56,765 nt of DNA from Candidatus Doudnabacteria bacterium CG10_big_fil_rev_8_21_14_0_10_41_10 (GTDB taxonomy: Bacteria; Patescibacteriota; Doudnabacteria; UBA920; 2-01-FULL-50-11). The notes under the pieces were generated by a model. It had not been told where the DNA came from. It searched no databases and saw only the letters and a program-made list of their open reading frames with translations. A program made the position numbers and the translations under genes. The stretch lies in NCBI GenBank assembly GCA_002773695.1, contig PFAJ01000006.1:1-56765 (forward strand). Direction: 5' to 3'. This document shows, piece after piece, positions 18,890-28,032 of the stretch. Position 1 is the first letter of the stretch. Each line of letters opens with the position of its first letter.

Positions 18890-19711
18890 ATGAAAGCAGT
18901 TATTGTCTGCCATCTAGAAAACGACCTTCGAAATAATTTTGGTGAAGCAAAAAAAATTCCTCTCGAAAAACAGACATTTGAACATGTCCCGAAACTTTTG
19001 AATTGGATAGGAACTTTAAAAATCCCGATTACAGTTTCTGTAATGGCAGGTGGTCAGGTGGGCAACCGACTACTTTTAGCACTGAAAGAAAAAAATGTTA
19101 AAATTCCAAACAACATCAACTTAGGGATTCATTTTCACGCAGAAAACTTTACCAATTCAAAATGGCAATACGAAAAACCATTAGAGCTCCCGGCCTATGA
19201 AAACTATTACAACCAATTTGTCCAAAGTCTTTCAATAAAACCGAAAACAGTGGTCTTTGGAAAATGGAAAGTCGACCGACAAGCTTACCCGCTTTTCGCG
19301 AAACTAGGCATTACTCATGACGCTTCAAATATTTTACCTCGGGGAATTATCAATCCCCCGGCTAACATAAACGGCTTAATTACAGTCCCAGGACTAAGCT
19401 ATAACGGCCAACCGGTAAACCCTCTGACACGACTCAGCGATTTTTTACTGACTAAAAAAATAATCTCGCGGTATCATAACAAAAACTTGCTTTTACACCT
19501 TGCTTTCCACTCCTATGATTTTTTTTCACCCCAAAACCCCACACACTGGCGCGGAATTAAAAAAATAATCTTTACAGACATTCTTTCACAACTGAAAAAG
19601 CATAATGTAGAGATTGTAAATTTGGAAAATGTGAATTCAGGAAAAAACGAAACTTTAGAAAAAATGCCTGTTCCTTTGCTAGGACGTCTTTTCCAACTAA
19701 TCGGCCACTAA
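18890..19711 (+). CDS. hypothetical protein (possible deacetylase/hydrolase-like)
   Basis: 273-aa ORF, one of only three plus-strand genes. The His pairs HFHAENF and HLAFHSYDF are the only hint at function. Confidence 0.3.
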   Translation: MKAVIVCHLENDLRNNFGEAKKIPLEKQTFEHVPKLLNWIGTLKIPITVSVMAGGQVGNRLLLALKEKNVKIPNNINLGIHFHAENFTNSKWQYEKPLELPAYENYYNQFVQSLSIKPKTVVFGKWKVDRQAYPLFAKLGITHDASNILPRGIINPPANINGLITVPGLSYNGQPVNPLTRLSDFLLTKKIISRYHNKNLLLHLAFHSYDFFSPQNPTHWRGIKKIIFTDILSQLKKHNVEIVNLENVNSGKNETLEKMPVPLLGRLFQLIGH

Positions 19712-19717
19712 AATACT

Positions 19718-20308
19718 ATGAAATCCCAAAATAAATTTTTTGAAAAAAAACTGAAACTTCTTTCTGAACGGGGAAAAATTTTGGATGTGGGAAGCGGTAA
19801 ACCTTGGCAAAAAGAAATGGCTCAGTATAAGGATTGGTTCAAAAATACAACTTATGAAACTCTGGATACTGACCCGCAATCGCAAGCAACGCATATCGCC
19901 GATGTTCAAAAAATACCTTTGCCGGACGAGTCTTACGACGCTATAATCTGCAAGGCCGTTTTACAGCATGTTCCCTTCCCTTATAATGCCATACAACAAA
20001 TGCATCGGGTTTTAAAACCCGGAGGTTTACTGCTTGTCTATGTCCCTTTCATCTATCCTTACCATGCCAAAAAAAATCTTTACAAAGACTATTGGCGGTT
20101 TTCGAAAGATGGGATTGAAAGATTGTTCAGGGATTTTCAAGGCTTGGAGATTTCTCCGGTTGATGGATATTTCACCACTATGTTAAATTTTTTTCCAGTT
20201 TCAATTTTACGAAAAACTTTTAAGCCAATTACAATACTTGTTGATAAACTTTTTCAAACAAAAAAACGCTCAAGCGTTTCGGGTTACTACATATTTGCAA
20301 AAAAATAA
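19718..20308 (+). CDS. class I SAM-dependent methyltransferase
   Basis: 196-aa ORF with ILDVGSGKPW and LKPGGLLLVYVPF. Confidence 0.8.
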   Translation: MKSQNKFFEKKLKLLSERGKILDVGSGKPWQKEMAQYKDWFKNTTYETLDTDPQSQATHIADVQKIPLPDESYDAIICKAVLQHVPFPYNAIQQMHRVLKPGGLLLVYVPFIYPYHAKKNLYKDYWRFSKDGIERLFRDFQGLEISPVDGYFTTMLNFFPVSILRKTFKPITILVDKLFQTKKRSSVSGYYIFAKK

Positions 20309-20354
20309 CGATCCCTGCGTCAAGTCGCAAGGGTATTCTACCAGAAATAATAAT

Positions 20355-21500
20355 CTAAAAAGCTGATACAATCTTTTCCGCTAACTTATCAAGACTGTGA
20401 TCCGTAACGACAATATTCCTCAAGTTCGCAGTTAAAGTTTCTTTATCTGCTTTTTTTAATTCTATTATTTGCGAGATCTTCTTTGACAGCGACGATGAAT
20501 CATTTGATTGGGTAACAACCAAATCTTCATACGATCTTAGCATTTCAAAAAAAGCTTCGTTTGAAGTGATAATCGGGCATTCACAAGCCATTGCCTCCAA
20601 AACCGCCTTGTCCAGACTTCCGGTTTGAGAAAGGTTTACACACAAATCGGCGTTCTGATAAATCTCTGGCAATCTTGAATGCGGCACCGACCCTTTAAAA
20701 CTAATATAATCCTCGAGTTGTGATTTACCGACAATTTGTTCGAGGGATTGAAGATAGTTTTTATGCTCTGTTAATCCAACTCCGCCGATTATATCCAAAT
20801 GTACGTTTTCCACTTTTCTCTCCCTCACCAAGTTTCTCACCGCAAGGATTAGGGTTTCTAAATCCTTTACAGGTGAAATACGGCCGACGCTAACTATTTT
20901 AAACTTACGAATTTCCTCATCTTCACTTGAGCCGTAAATTCCAGATGTAACGGAGGCCTTTAGGCCTCCACGTGGAAGGTGAAAGCCTTCCGCCACATTA
21001 TCCGCCAGCCGTGGGCGAGTAAACTTCTCCACATCTATTCCATGTCCGGTAATTTGAACCTTTGGTGATCTGATACGAAAACTTTTTTCTGATGCTGTCA
21101 GTACTTTGTCAGAGACGACGAGCATCAGCCGAGACCTCCAAGTAATCGCTTTATGTGTGTACCAACTGACCAATTTTTTTCGATATAGAAATGTCCAAGG
21201 CGAAACCCATAGTGCGTATTCCGGATTTTGGTGAGCAAAAACCCCATCAACCTCTTTGACTAGTTTTGCAGCTAATCTCTGAAATTTCCAGAACCTTTTC
21301 CATCGTGAATTCCCCAACTCTTTCCCAAGTGAGTAAACTTCCGCGTCTAATCCTTCCGTATTACCCTTCTCCAAACAAATAATTTTCAATTTTGCATTTT
21401 TAGTTTTCAGCTGTTCGCTTATATTTTTTGCCCACTCGTAAGAATGCCCGGCAAGCCAGTCATCTTTGTCAATTTTTCGAGTTATCATTAAAAGGTTCAT
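20355..21500 (-). CDS. family 4 (GT-B) glycosyltransferase
   Basis: The ATG at 21500 (MNLLMITRK) gives an ATGA overlap with the upstream stop; the ORF track starts 7 codons earlier. C-terminal region LEAMACECPIITSNE. Confidence 0.8.
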   Translation of the reverse strand: MNLLMITRKIDKDDWLAGHSYEWAKNISEQLKTKNAKLKIICLEKGNTEGLDAEVYSLGKELGNSRWKRFWKFQRLAAKLVKEVDGVFAHQNPEYALWVSPWTFLYRKKLVSWYTHKAITWRSRLMLVVSDKVLTASEKSFRIRSPKVQITGHGIDVEKFTRPRLADNVAEGFHLPRGGLKASVTSGIYGSSEDEEIRKFKIVSVGRISPVKDLETLILAVRNLVRERKVENVHLDIIGGVGLTEHKNYLQSLEQIVGKSQLEDYISFKGSVPHSRLPEIYQNADLCVNLSQTGSLDKAVLEAMACECPIITSNEAFFEMLRSYEDLVVTQSNDSSSLSKKISQIIELKKADKETLTANLRNIVVTDHSLDKLAEKIVSAF

Positions 21501-22573
21501 TTGTTTATGATTTTTTTCCAAAATTCAACAACTTTTTCTACCCCTTCCTCGCTATCGTAATTCTTGATCATCTGTCGCGCGTTCACAGCTAAGTTATTTC
21601 TGAGATTTTTGTCGGTAATTAATCGTTCTAAACTATCCTCCAGTTTTATTTCGTCACCAACGTCTATCAAAATACCGCGATCATTTTTTATTAAATTCAT
21701 AGCCCCCGCGGTCTTGGTGGCTATAATGGCACACCCGGCGGCGGCGGCCTGAAGCAAGACCACGCCGTAACTTTCAGTATCAGAAGGTAAAACAAAAATA
21801 TCAGCTTGTTTAAAATATTCTGCCAGCTCCGGCAAACGCTTTCCTCCCACAAATTTAATATTTTTCGCTCCCTTTGATAAATTTTCCAACTTTTTTCTTT
21901 CGTCCCCCTCACCTACTATCGTTAAGTCAAATGGCAGTTGAATCTTTCTCGCGACCCGAATAAGCATTGCAAGATTTTTCTCCCGGGATAACCGACCTAC
22001 AAATAAAATTTTTAAAATTTCATTGTGGGGTTTTTCTTCTGTTTTGAAACCCTCAATATTTGCAGGTGTAGGTTGAATTAAAACCGGATTTTTTATACCC
22101 CAAGTAAAAAGTTTTTCTTTTGTCGTTTGATTATTGGCCTTGAATCCGTCAGCAAGATACAAAGACTTTTTTATTTCCCTAAGCAACAACCATTTAATAG
22201 GATTAAAACCAATCCACCGGCCGGAAAAAAACATTCCGTGGATTGTGACTATCCAAGGTAGGCCGTATTTTTGCTTGATTTTTTTTCCGACAGGAGCCGC
22301 GAAATCTTGTGTGACTATTAAATCGTAGAAATTTTGTGTTTGAAGATTTTTAAACACTTCGAATGCTTTTTTATAATGGGTGGTTCGAGAAGAGCGGGTC
22401 GAAAAAACACGGAAATTTTTTTTCCATTGTCTATTTTGAAATTTTTCTGACGCGAACACCAAAACATCCAAAGACCCGGCGAGATCCGCGTATTTTTGAT
22501 GACGCTCCACCACATCACCGGAAAAACCGCCTCCGAACATGCCGCGGTCTAAACTAATCATTAAAACTTTCAT
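21497..22573 (-). CDS. family 4 (GT-B) glycosyltransferase
   Basis: 358-aa ORF with PSDTESYGVVLLQAAAAGCAIIATKTAG (EX7E-type region). Confidence 0.85.
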   Translation of the reverse strand: MKVLMISLDRGMFGGGFSGDVVERHQKYADLAGSLDVLVFASEKFQNRQWKKNFRVFSTRSSRTTHYKKAFEVFKNLQTQNFYDLIVTQDFAAPVGKKIKQKYGLPWIVTIHGMFFSGRWIGFNPIKWLLLREIKKSLYLADGFKANNQTTKEKLFTWGIKNPVLIQPTPANIEGFKTEEKPHNEILKILFVGRLSREKNLAMLIRVARKIQLPFDLTIVGEGDERKKLENLSKGAKNIKFVGGKRLPELAEYFKQADIFVLPSDTESYGVVLLQAAAAGCAIIATKTAGAMNLIKNDRGILIDVGDEIKLEDSLERLITDKNLRNNLAVNARQMIKNYDSEEGVEKVVEFWKKIINK

Positions 22574-24834
22574 AAAATATTCTCGAAAACTTTAATATGC
22601 TCCGTTACCACGCTGTCCCATGTCTGTTTATATTTCAAGCGCCGAAGCTTGCTTTCATATTTTTGATAATTCTTTTTATCCAAAAAAAACTCCAGCTTCT
22701 CAAATAACTCTGACTCGCTCAATGGGTTAAATAATTGCAGTTCATCTTTAACTTCTCTAGGCAGCCCGTTTTCTTTGGTTAAAAGCACGGGAGTTCCCAC
22801 ACTTAATGCTTCTAAAGCGACGTTTGGATTCAGCTCTGTTAATGTAGGGATAACGACCAAAGAATTTTTTTGCATTATTTCAAATACTCGCACTCTGGGA
22901 ACGGCTTTTTTGAATTGAACCCGGTCTCTTAGAGAAAGTTTTTCAACCAATCTTTCCAGCCGGATCCTTCCCGGTCCCTCTCCCACTAATACCAATTTCT
23001 TTTTTGTTTTTAGACGTCCAAAAGCTTTGATTAAAACTTTTAGATTTTTCACTTTAATAAATCTTCCAAAGTAAACTATGTCACCATCAAAAACAGCCCG
23101 ACTGGTTTTCGCTTTTTTACTTATGGGATTAAAAACAATTTTTTGAAAGTTTATATTTTTTCCAAACACCTGGTTGTACAACTCCGGTTGGTAAGAATTG
23201 TTAAAAATAATCAATTCAGCCCTCTTTAGGACAAACCGATAGATCGCCAGATACAGCTTCTCAACAAAACTTTTTGGTAAAGTGTAATATTCTTTTAAAG
23301 TACAATTGACCTTGCCACGTTCAACCATTTGTTCCCACAAAAAATCCCCGCCTAATCTGATTATTAATTTCTTTCCTGAAAATAAACTCACCAGAGCGGC
23401 AGGGAAACCAGAACTAACAAGATCTTGGGCGTAAATTAGATCAGATTTTTTTACTGTTTTTCGTAAAGCTAAAAAATATTTTAAATACCGAAGCAGGAAA
23501 CCGCCCGACCTTGACACCAACTGAACCGGAAAAGGATTTCTTTCAATGCTACCGGTCTTACCATAAGCCAAAACCGAAACCTGAAAACCTTTAAGAGTCA
23601 AGCCTCCGGCGATTTTTTTGACAAAAGTTGCCATCCCTCCGATTTCTGGAGAATAAGTCCCGGAAGCGAATACTATTTTTGGTTTTTCGTCAGCTATCAA
23701 CTCAGTAAAAACTCCTTTCATGTGAAGCGCGATCAACCCCCAGGAATATCTTTCACGAACCAATTTTCTACTCTGAAAAATTATTTTATTACGGAGCTCG
23801 TCGTTTTCTGAAAGTTTTCGAATCTTACTCGCCAAATCTTCCGGGTCATCGACTTTACAAAATAATCCGGTCTCTCCGTCTTTTAAAAAGTCTGGGATAC
23901 CACCCTGTTTAGTTCCTACAACCGGCACCCCCACGGCCATCGCTTCCAAAAATGAATTACCCAGACCCTCTGATCGAGAGGGACGAGAAAACACCGAGGA
24001 GATGGCTAAATATTCAAAAAGTTCACTTTGAGGGACTTGGCCTAAAAATAATACCTGCTCTTCAATATCCAATTCTTCAGCAAGATTTTTCAACTGTTCT
24101 TCTTGGACTCCTGTCCCCGCAACCAACAAAACATAAGAAGGTCCTAAAAATTTTAAAGATCGTATCAAAATATCCACGGCATTTTTGGTAACCAGTCGAG
24201 AGGAAGTCATTATGACTTTATCTGAATCTAAAAGATTTAAAAATTTTCTGGTCTTTTCTCGATCTCTTTCGTTTGAGATCTTGTCAAAGTTTGCAAGCGC
24301 CACTCCGTTTGGAATAATCGCGATTTTTTGTCTCGCTCCCTGCTTGACTGCGTAATCAGCCAAATACGCGCTGATTGCCTGGATATAATTGGCTTTTTTT
24401 AACATCCTTCTCCACCAAAAACCAAGTAAGCCCAACTTGCCTCGCTTTAGGTGTCTTTCCGAGTCTCCTTCTTGCAAGGTTAACAAAAACGGTAAATTGG
24501 GTTTTAATATTTTGAGTAAATAAGCGCCGATCGAAGCATAAGACACCATCATTCCCCAAAGTAAATCAACTTTTTCATGTTTAAAAATTTCTCGACCCTT
24601 AAGATACGCTAAAAAAGGGAACAAAAAAAACCGATCCAACTTTGTTCCGTAACCCAGACGATGGACCTTGACTCCATCAATCATTTCGGTCTCCGGATGT
24701 TCTTTGTTAAAACGATAGGTTATTAAAGTAAAATTGAAATCCGCAGAAAGCCGCTTGGTAATTTCCGTAAGCGCAACCTCGGCGCCACCCACAAAAGGCA
24801 AATACGCGGATGAGAAAATTAAAATATTTTTCAT
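22570..24834 (-). CDS. fusion of two family 4 glycosyltransferase modules
   Basis: About 754 aa from the ATG at 24834 (MKNILIFSS). It has two complete GT-B units, each with its own EX7E region (RSEGLGNSFLEAMAVGVPVVGT and TELNPNVALEALSVGTPVLLT). Confidence 0.8.
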   Translation of the reverse strand: MKNILIFSSAYLPFVGGAEVALTEITKRLSADFNFTLITYRFNKEHPETEMIDGVKVHRLGYGTKLDRFFLFPFLAYLKGREIFKHEKVDLLWGMMVSYASIGAYLLKILKPNLPFLLTLQEGDSERHLKRGKLGLLGFWWRRMLKKANYIQAISAYLADYAVKQGARQKIAIIPNGVALANFDKISNERDREKTRKFLNLLDSDKVIMTSSRLVTKNAVDILIRSLKFLGPSYVLLVAGTGVQEEQLKNLAEELDIEEQVLFLGQVPQSELFEYLAISSVFSRPSRSEGLGNSFLEAMAVGVPVVGTKQGGIPDFLKDGETGLFCKVDDPEDLASKIRKLSENDELRNKIIFQSRKLVRERYSWGLIALHMKGVFTELIADEKPKIVFASGTYSPEIGGMATFVKKIAGGLTLKGFQVSVLAYGKTGSIERNPFPVQLVSRSGGFLLRYLKYFLALRKTVKKSDLIYAQDLVSSGFPAALVSLFSGKKLIIRLGGDFLWEQMVERGKVNCTLKEYYTLPKSFVEKLYLAIYRFVLKRAELIIFNNSYQPELYNQVFGKNINFQKIVFNPISKKAKTSRAVFDGDIVYFGRFIKVKNLKVLIKAFGRLKTKKKLVLVGEGPGRIRLERLVEKLSLRDRVQFKKAVPRVRVFEIMQKNSLVVIPTLTELNPNVALEALSVGTPVLLTKENGLPREVKDELQLFNPLSESELFEKLEFFLDKKNYQKYESKLRRLKYKQTWDSVVTEHIKVFENIL

Positions 24835-24836
24835 AT

Positions 24837-24900
24837 GTAGTTGCCCCATTCATGGGGCCTTGTAAGCCATCGAATTAGCCCGATAAAATCGGGCAACTAC
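24837..24900. repeat. 64-nt structured inverted-repeat element in the 5' leader of the double-GT gene
   Basis: A perfect 10-bp outer stem, GTAGTTGCCC...GGGCAACTAC, encloses two hairpins: CCCCAT tc ATGGGG and CCCGAT aaa ATCGGG. Confidence 0.6.
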
Positions 24901-24952
24901 AGCAAACGTGCGTTTTAAAAACTTTTGAATAGCATTATTATAGCTTTTTTTG

Positions 24953-24984
24953 CCCAAAAGAAAAAGCCCGGAAAAACCGGGCCT
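24953..24984 (-). terminator. rho-independent terminator after the epimerase gene
   Basis: On the minus strand, GCCCGG ttttt CCGGGC is followed by TTTTTCTTTTGGG. Confidence 0.75.
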
Positions 24985-25008
24985 ACAACAGTGAAACTAT
25001 CAGCGAAA

Positions 25009-25983
25009 TTACATATCAGCCAAACCAAGCTCGTCTGAATAAGTTTTGTACCAGCTAACGAAACGATCCACGCCCTCGGCGATACTGATTTTTGGGTTAA
25101 AGCCTAACATTTTTTTAGCTTTGGAAATATCCGCGGAGGTTGCGACTACGTCGCCTTGCTGCATTGGTAAATTGTTCTTTTGCGCCTTTACGCCCAAACT
25201 CTTTTCTAACGCCTCAACATAAGTCCCCAGTTTCTGAGTTTCTCCCCGCCCTAAATTAAAAATCTCGTATGGATAATTTTTTTCTATGGAAGCAACCACT
25301 CCGTCTACAATATCATCAATATACGTAAAATCTCGAGACATCTCTCCAGAATTAAACATTTTAATCGGCTGATTTTTTGTGATGCTTTTTATAAATAAAA
25401 ATAATGCCATATCCGGCCGCCCCCAAGGACCATAAACTGTAAAAAATCTAAGCCCGGTACAATGAATACCGTACAAATGATGATAGGTGTGCGCTAAAAG
25501 TTCATTGTATCTTTTCGAAGCCGCGTAAATACTAATCGGGGTGTCAACCTTTGCTTCTTCAGAAAATGGCAACTGTTTATTCAGGCCGTAAATACTGCTT
25601 GAACTTGCGTATATAAAATTATTAACTTTATATTTTTTACAAAGTTCCAATAAATTTAAAGTTCCCAAATTATTAGATCGTTCGTAGACAAAAGGATCTT
25701 TCAAGGAATGTCTAACCCCAGCCTGTGCCGCCAGGTGACAAATCTTATCAAGCTTATGTTTCTCAAAAATTGCCTCCATTGCTGGATAATCCGCAATATC
25801 AACTTGGTAAAACGTGAATTTTAATCTTTCAAGTAAATTATCAAGACGGGATTGTTTAAGTTTGACGCTATAATAGTCGTTTAAATTATCGACGATTACA
25901 ACCTCATCCCCTTTTTCAAGAAGTTTTTTTGCTACATGTGAACCAATAAACCCCGCTCCACCTGTAACTAATATTTTACTCAT
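25009..25983 (-). CDS. NAD-dependent sugar epimerase, UDP-glucuronate 4-epimerase-like
   Basis: 324-aa ORF with VTGGAGFIGSH, DNLNDYYSVKLKQSRL (characteristic of the GAE/Cap1J group) and YAASK. Confidence 0.75.
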   Translation of the reverse strand: MSKILVTGGAGFIGSHVAKKLLEKGDEVVIVDNLNDYYSVKLKQSRLDNLLERLKFTFYQVDIADYPAMEAIFEKHKLDKICHLAAQAGVRHSLKDPFVYERSNNLGTLNLLELCKKYKVNNFIYASSSSIYGLNKQLPFSEEAKVDTPISIYAASKRYNELLAHTYHHLYGIHCTGLRFFTVYGPWGRPDMALFLFIKSITKNQPIKMFNSGEMSRDFTYIDDIVDGVVASIEKNYPYEIFNLGRGETQKLGTYVEALEKSLGVKAQKNNLPMQQGDVVATSADISKAKKMLGFNPKISIAEGVDRFVSWYKTYSDELGLADM

Positions 25984-26789
25984 AATCCCTTGTCAACTCC
26001 ACCGGTTAGTTCTTTATTTATTTCTTCAGCGGCTTTTAATAATTTCATGTCGACTCCCAATTTGTCCGCATAGGCAATAATCGCTCTCACATCTTTTGGC
26101 AGGCACTTTCCGCCGTAACCGCGATATCCGTCGTGATCCACTTTCAAATGGGAGGTTCCGGTCATCCTGCGGTCGGCGCTGGCACATTCCATAACCCGGT
26201 TATAGTCCACCCCGATTTTTTGACAAACATCATAAAACTGGTTGGCAAAAGTCACCTTGACCGCAAACCATGTGTTGTTGAAATATTTTACTGTTTCGGC
26301 GTCAATCGCCGGAATAATCCGTTCAAACGGAGCAAGTGGTAAAAATTTCAAAATATCTCCCGCAATATTATAACTTTCTTTGGTAAACCCAAGTATTTGA
26401 CGATCCGGAAACTGAAAATCCTGCACCGCCGTTCTCTCGGTTAAAAATTCCGGATTGAATAAAATCCTCAAATCGGAATACTGCTTCTGGTACTTGTCGG
26501 TTGTTCCTGGAATTATCGTGGATTTGATAATCACCGGCTTTCCTTTTTCCGCCTTGGCAGCATTGGCCATTGCGTCATCCATTGCTTCAAGATCAATCCC
26601 CATATTCTCCTTATGAGGAGTTGGAACGGCAATAATGATATAATCTTGTTGTATGACATCTTCTACTGGATCACTGTCTTTAAATTTATCGTAAACTTTT
26701 ACTTCGTGTCCATTGTTTTTATAGTAATTAGCAATAGCACTTCCCACAAATCCACCACCAATGATACCGAGAGATTTCTTTTTCATCAC
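25980..26789 (-). CDS. UDP-glucose/GDP-mannose dehydrogenase family protein, short form lacking the C-terminal UDP-binding domain
   Basis: 269-aa ORF with GIIGGGFVGS, AVPTP, NPEFLTE and the catalytic-Cys motif GGKCLPKD about 40 residues from the C-terminus. ATGA overlap with the epimerase gene. Confidence 0.7.
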   Translation of the reverse strand: MMKKKSLGIIGGGFVGSAIANYYKNNGHEVKVYDKFKDSDPVEDVIQQDYIIIAVPTPHKENMGIDLEAMDDAMANAAKAEKGKPVIIKSTIIPGTTDKYQKQYSDLRILFNPEFLTERTAVQDFQFPDRQILGFTKESYNIAGDILKFLPLAPFERIIPAIDAETVKYFNNTWFAVKVTFANQFYDVCQKIGVDYNRVMECASADRRMTGTSHLKVDHDGYRGYGGKCLPKDVRAIIAYADKLGVDMKLLKAAEEINKELTGGVDKGL

Positions 26790-26843
26790 TTTTATATCTA
26801 ATTCTTAGTTGATTAATTGTTGTATGATAAGTATTATAACGTT

Positions 26844-27977
26844 ATGAATACAAGCGGTCAACAAATCAAAATCCTATATATTGTCACCCAAGGCAACTGG
26901 GGAGGGGCGCAAAAGTATGTTTTTGATATGAGCAAATCGGTTAGCGTAGATTATTCAGTTGTAGTTGCTTCTGGTATTGAAAACGATACTTTGGGTAAAA
27001 AAATTACAGACCAAGGAATAAAATACGTCGGATTAAAACATTTAGTCAGAAATATTAATCCTATAAAAGATTTTAAAGCAATAAAAGAAATCGCCAATCT
27101 AATAAAAAAAGAAAGACCAGATGTCGTCCATCTAAACAGCTCCAAAGCGGGAGTCTTGGGTAGTATTGCGGCACAATCAGCAGATGTCAAAAAAGTAATA
27201 TTCACAATGCACGGATTAGTGCTCAACGAACCGCTTAATCCTGTTAAAAAATTAATATATTTAATTGCGGAACGATTATCTGCCCGTTTTACTGACGAAT
27301 TGATAGCGGTTTCGGAAAAAGATAAACAATCAGCGATTAAATATGCGGTAAAATCCGCAAAACATATTTCCGTCATCCATATTGGAATCGGTTTAAAATC
27401 TCTTGAATTTTTTCCAAAAGATAAAGCGCGACTTGAACTTGGTCTTGATCCTAATAAAACAATTGTCGGCACAATCGCCGACTTTTATCCGGCCAAAGGT
27501 TTACCATATTTGATTGATGCGGCAAAGAAGCTGATTGCGGAAAAACCTGACTTACAATTCGTGCTGATTGGAAGATCAGGACCGGACAAGAAAAAGATTA
27601 AACTGCTCGCGGAAAAACTCGGCGACAAATTTATTATTCGAGAAAATCTTGACCAAGCTTCCCAATATTTGAAAGCTTTCGATATTTTTGTCTTGCCAAG
27701 TGTCAAAGAAGGACTACCTTATACCATCCTGGAGGCTATGGCAGCTGGTTTACCGATTGTGGCCACCAAAGTCAGCGGTGTGCCGGATGTTTTGGAACAC
27801 GAGCGATCAGCTTTACTGGTAGAACCTGCGAATTCAGACAAACTAGTCGATTCTATTCATCTTCTGCTCTCTTCTGAACAACTTATAAACACTCTTTCCA
27901 CAAACGCAAAAAACCGGGTTGCCGACTTCAGCTTAGATAAAATGGTTGCGGAAACGAAAAATATATACCATCCCTAG
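26844..27977 (+). CDS. family 4 (GT-B) glycosyltransferase
   Basis: The ORF track starts at TTG 26817; the ATG at 26844 (MNTSGQQIKILYIV) is more likely. PSVKEGLPYTILEAMAAGLPIVATKVSG. Confidence 0.8.
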   Translation: MNTSGQQIKILYIVTQGNWGGAQKYVFDMSKSVSVDYSVVVASGIENDTLGKKITDQGIKYVGLKHLVRNINPIKDFKAIKEIANLIKKERPDVVHLNSSKAGVLGSIAAQSADVKKVIFTMHGLVLNEPLNPVKKLIYLIAERLSARFTDELIAVSEKDKQSAIKYAVKSAKHISVIHIGIGLKSLEFFPKDKARLELGLDPNKTIVGTIADFYPAKGLPYLIDAAKKLIAEKPDLQFVLIGRSGPDKKKIKLLAEKLGDKFIIRENLDQASQYLKAFDIFVLPSVKEGLPYTILEAMAAGLPIVATKVSGVPDVLEHERSALLVEPANSDKLVDSIHLLLSSEQLINTLSTNAKNRVADFSLDKMVAETKNIYHP

Positions 27978-28032
27978 CGGGCACTAAAAAACACCTTGAG
28001 TTCATCGAAAGGTATTTTGTGTTTACTAGATT

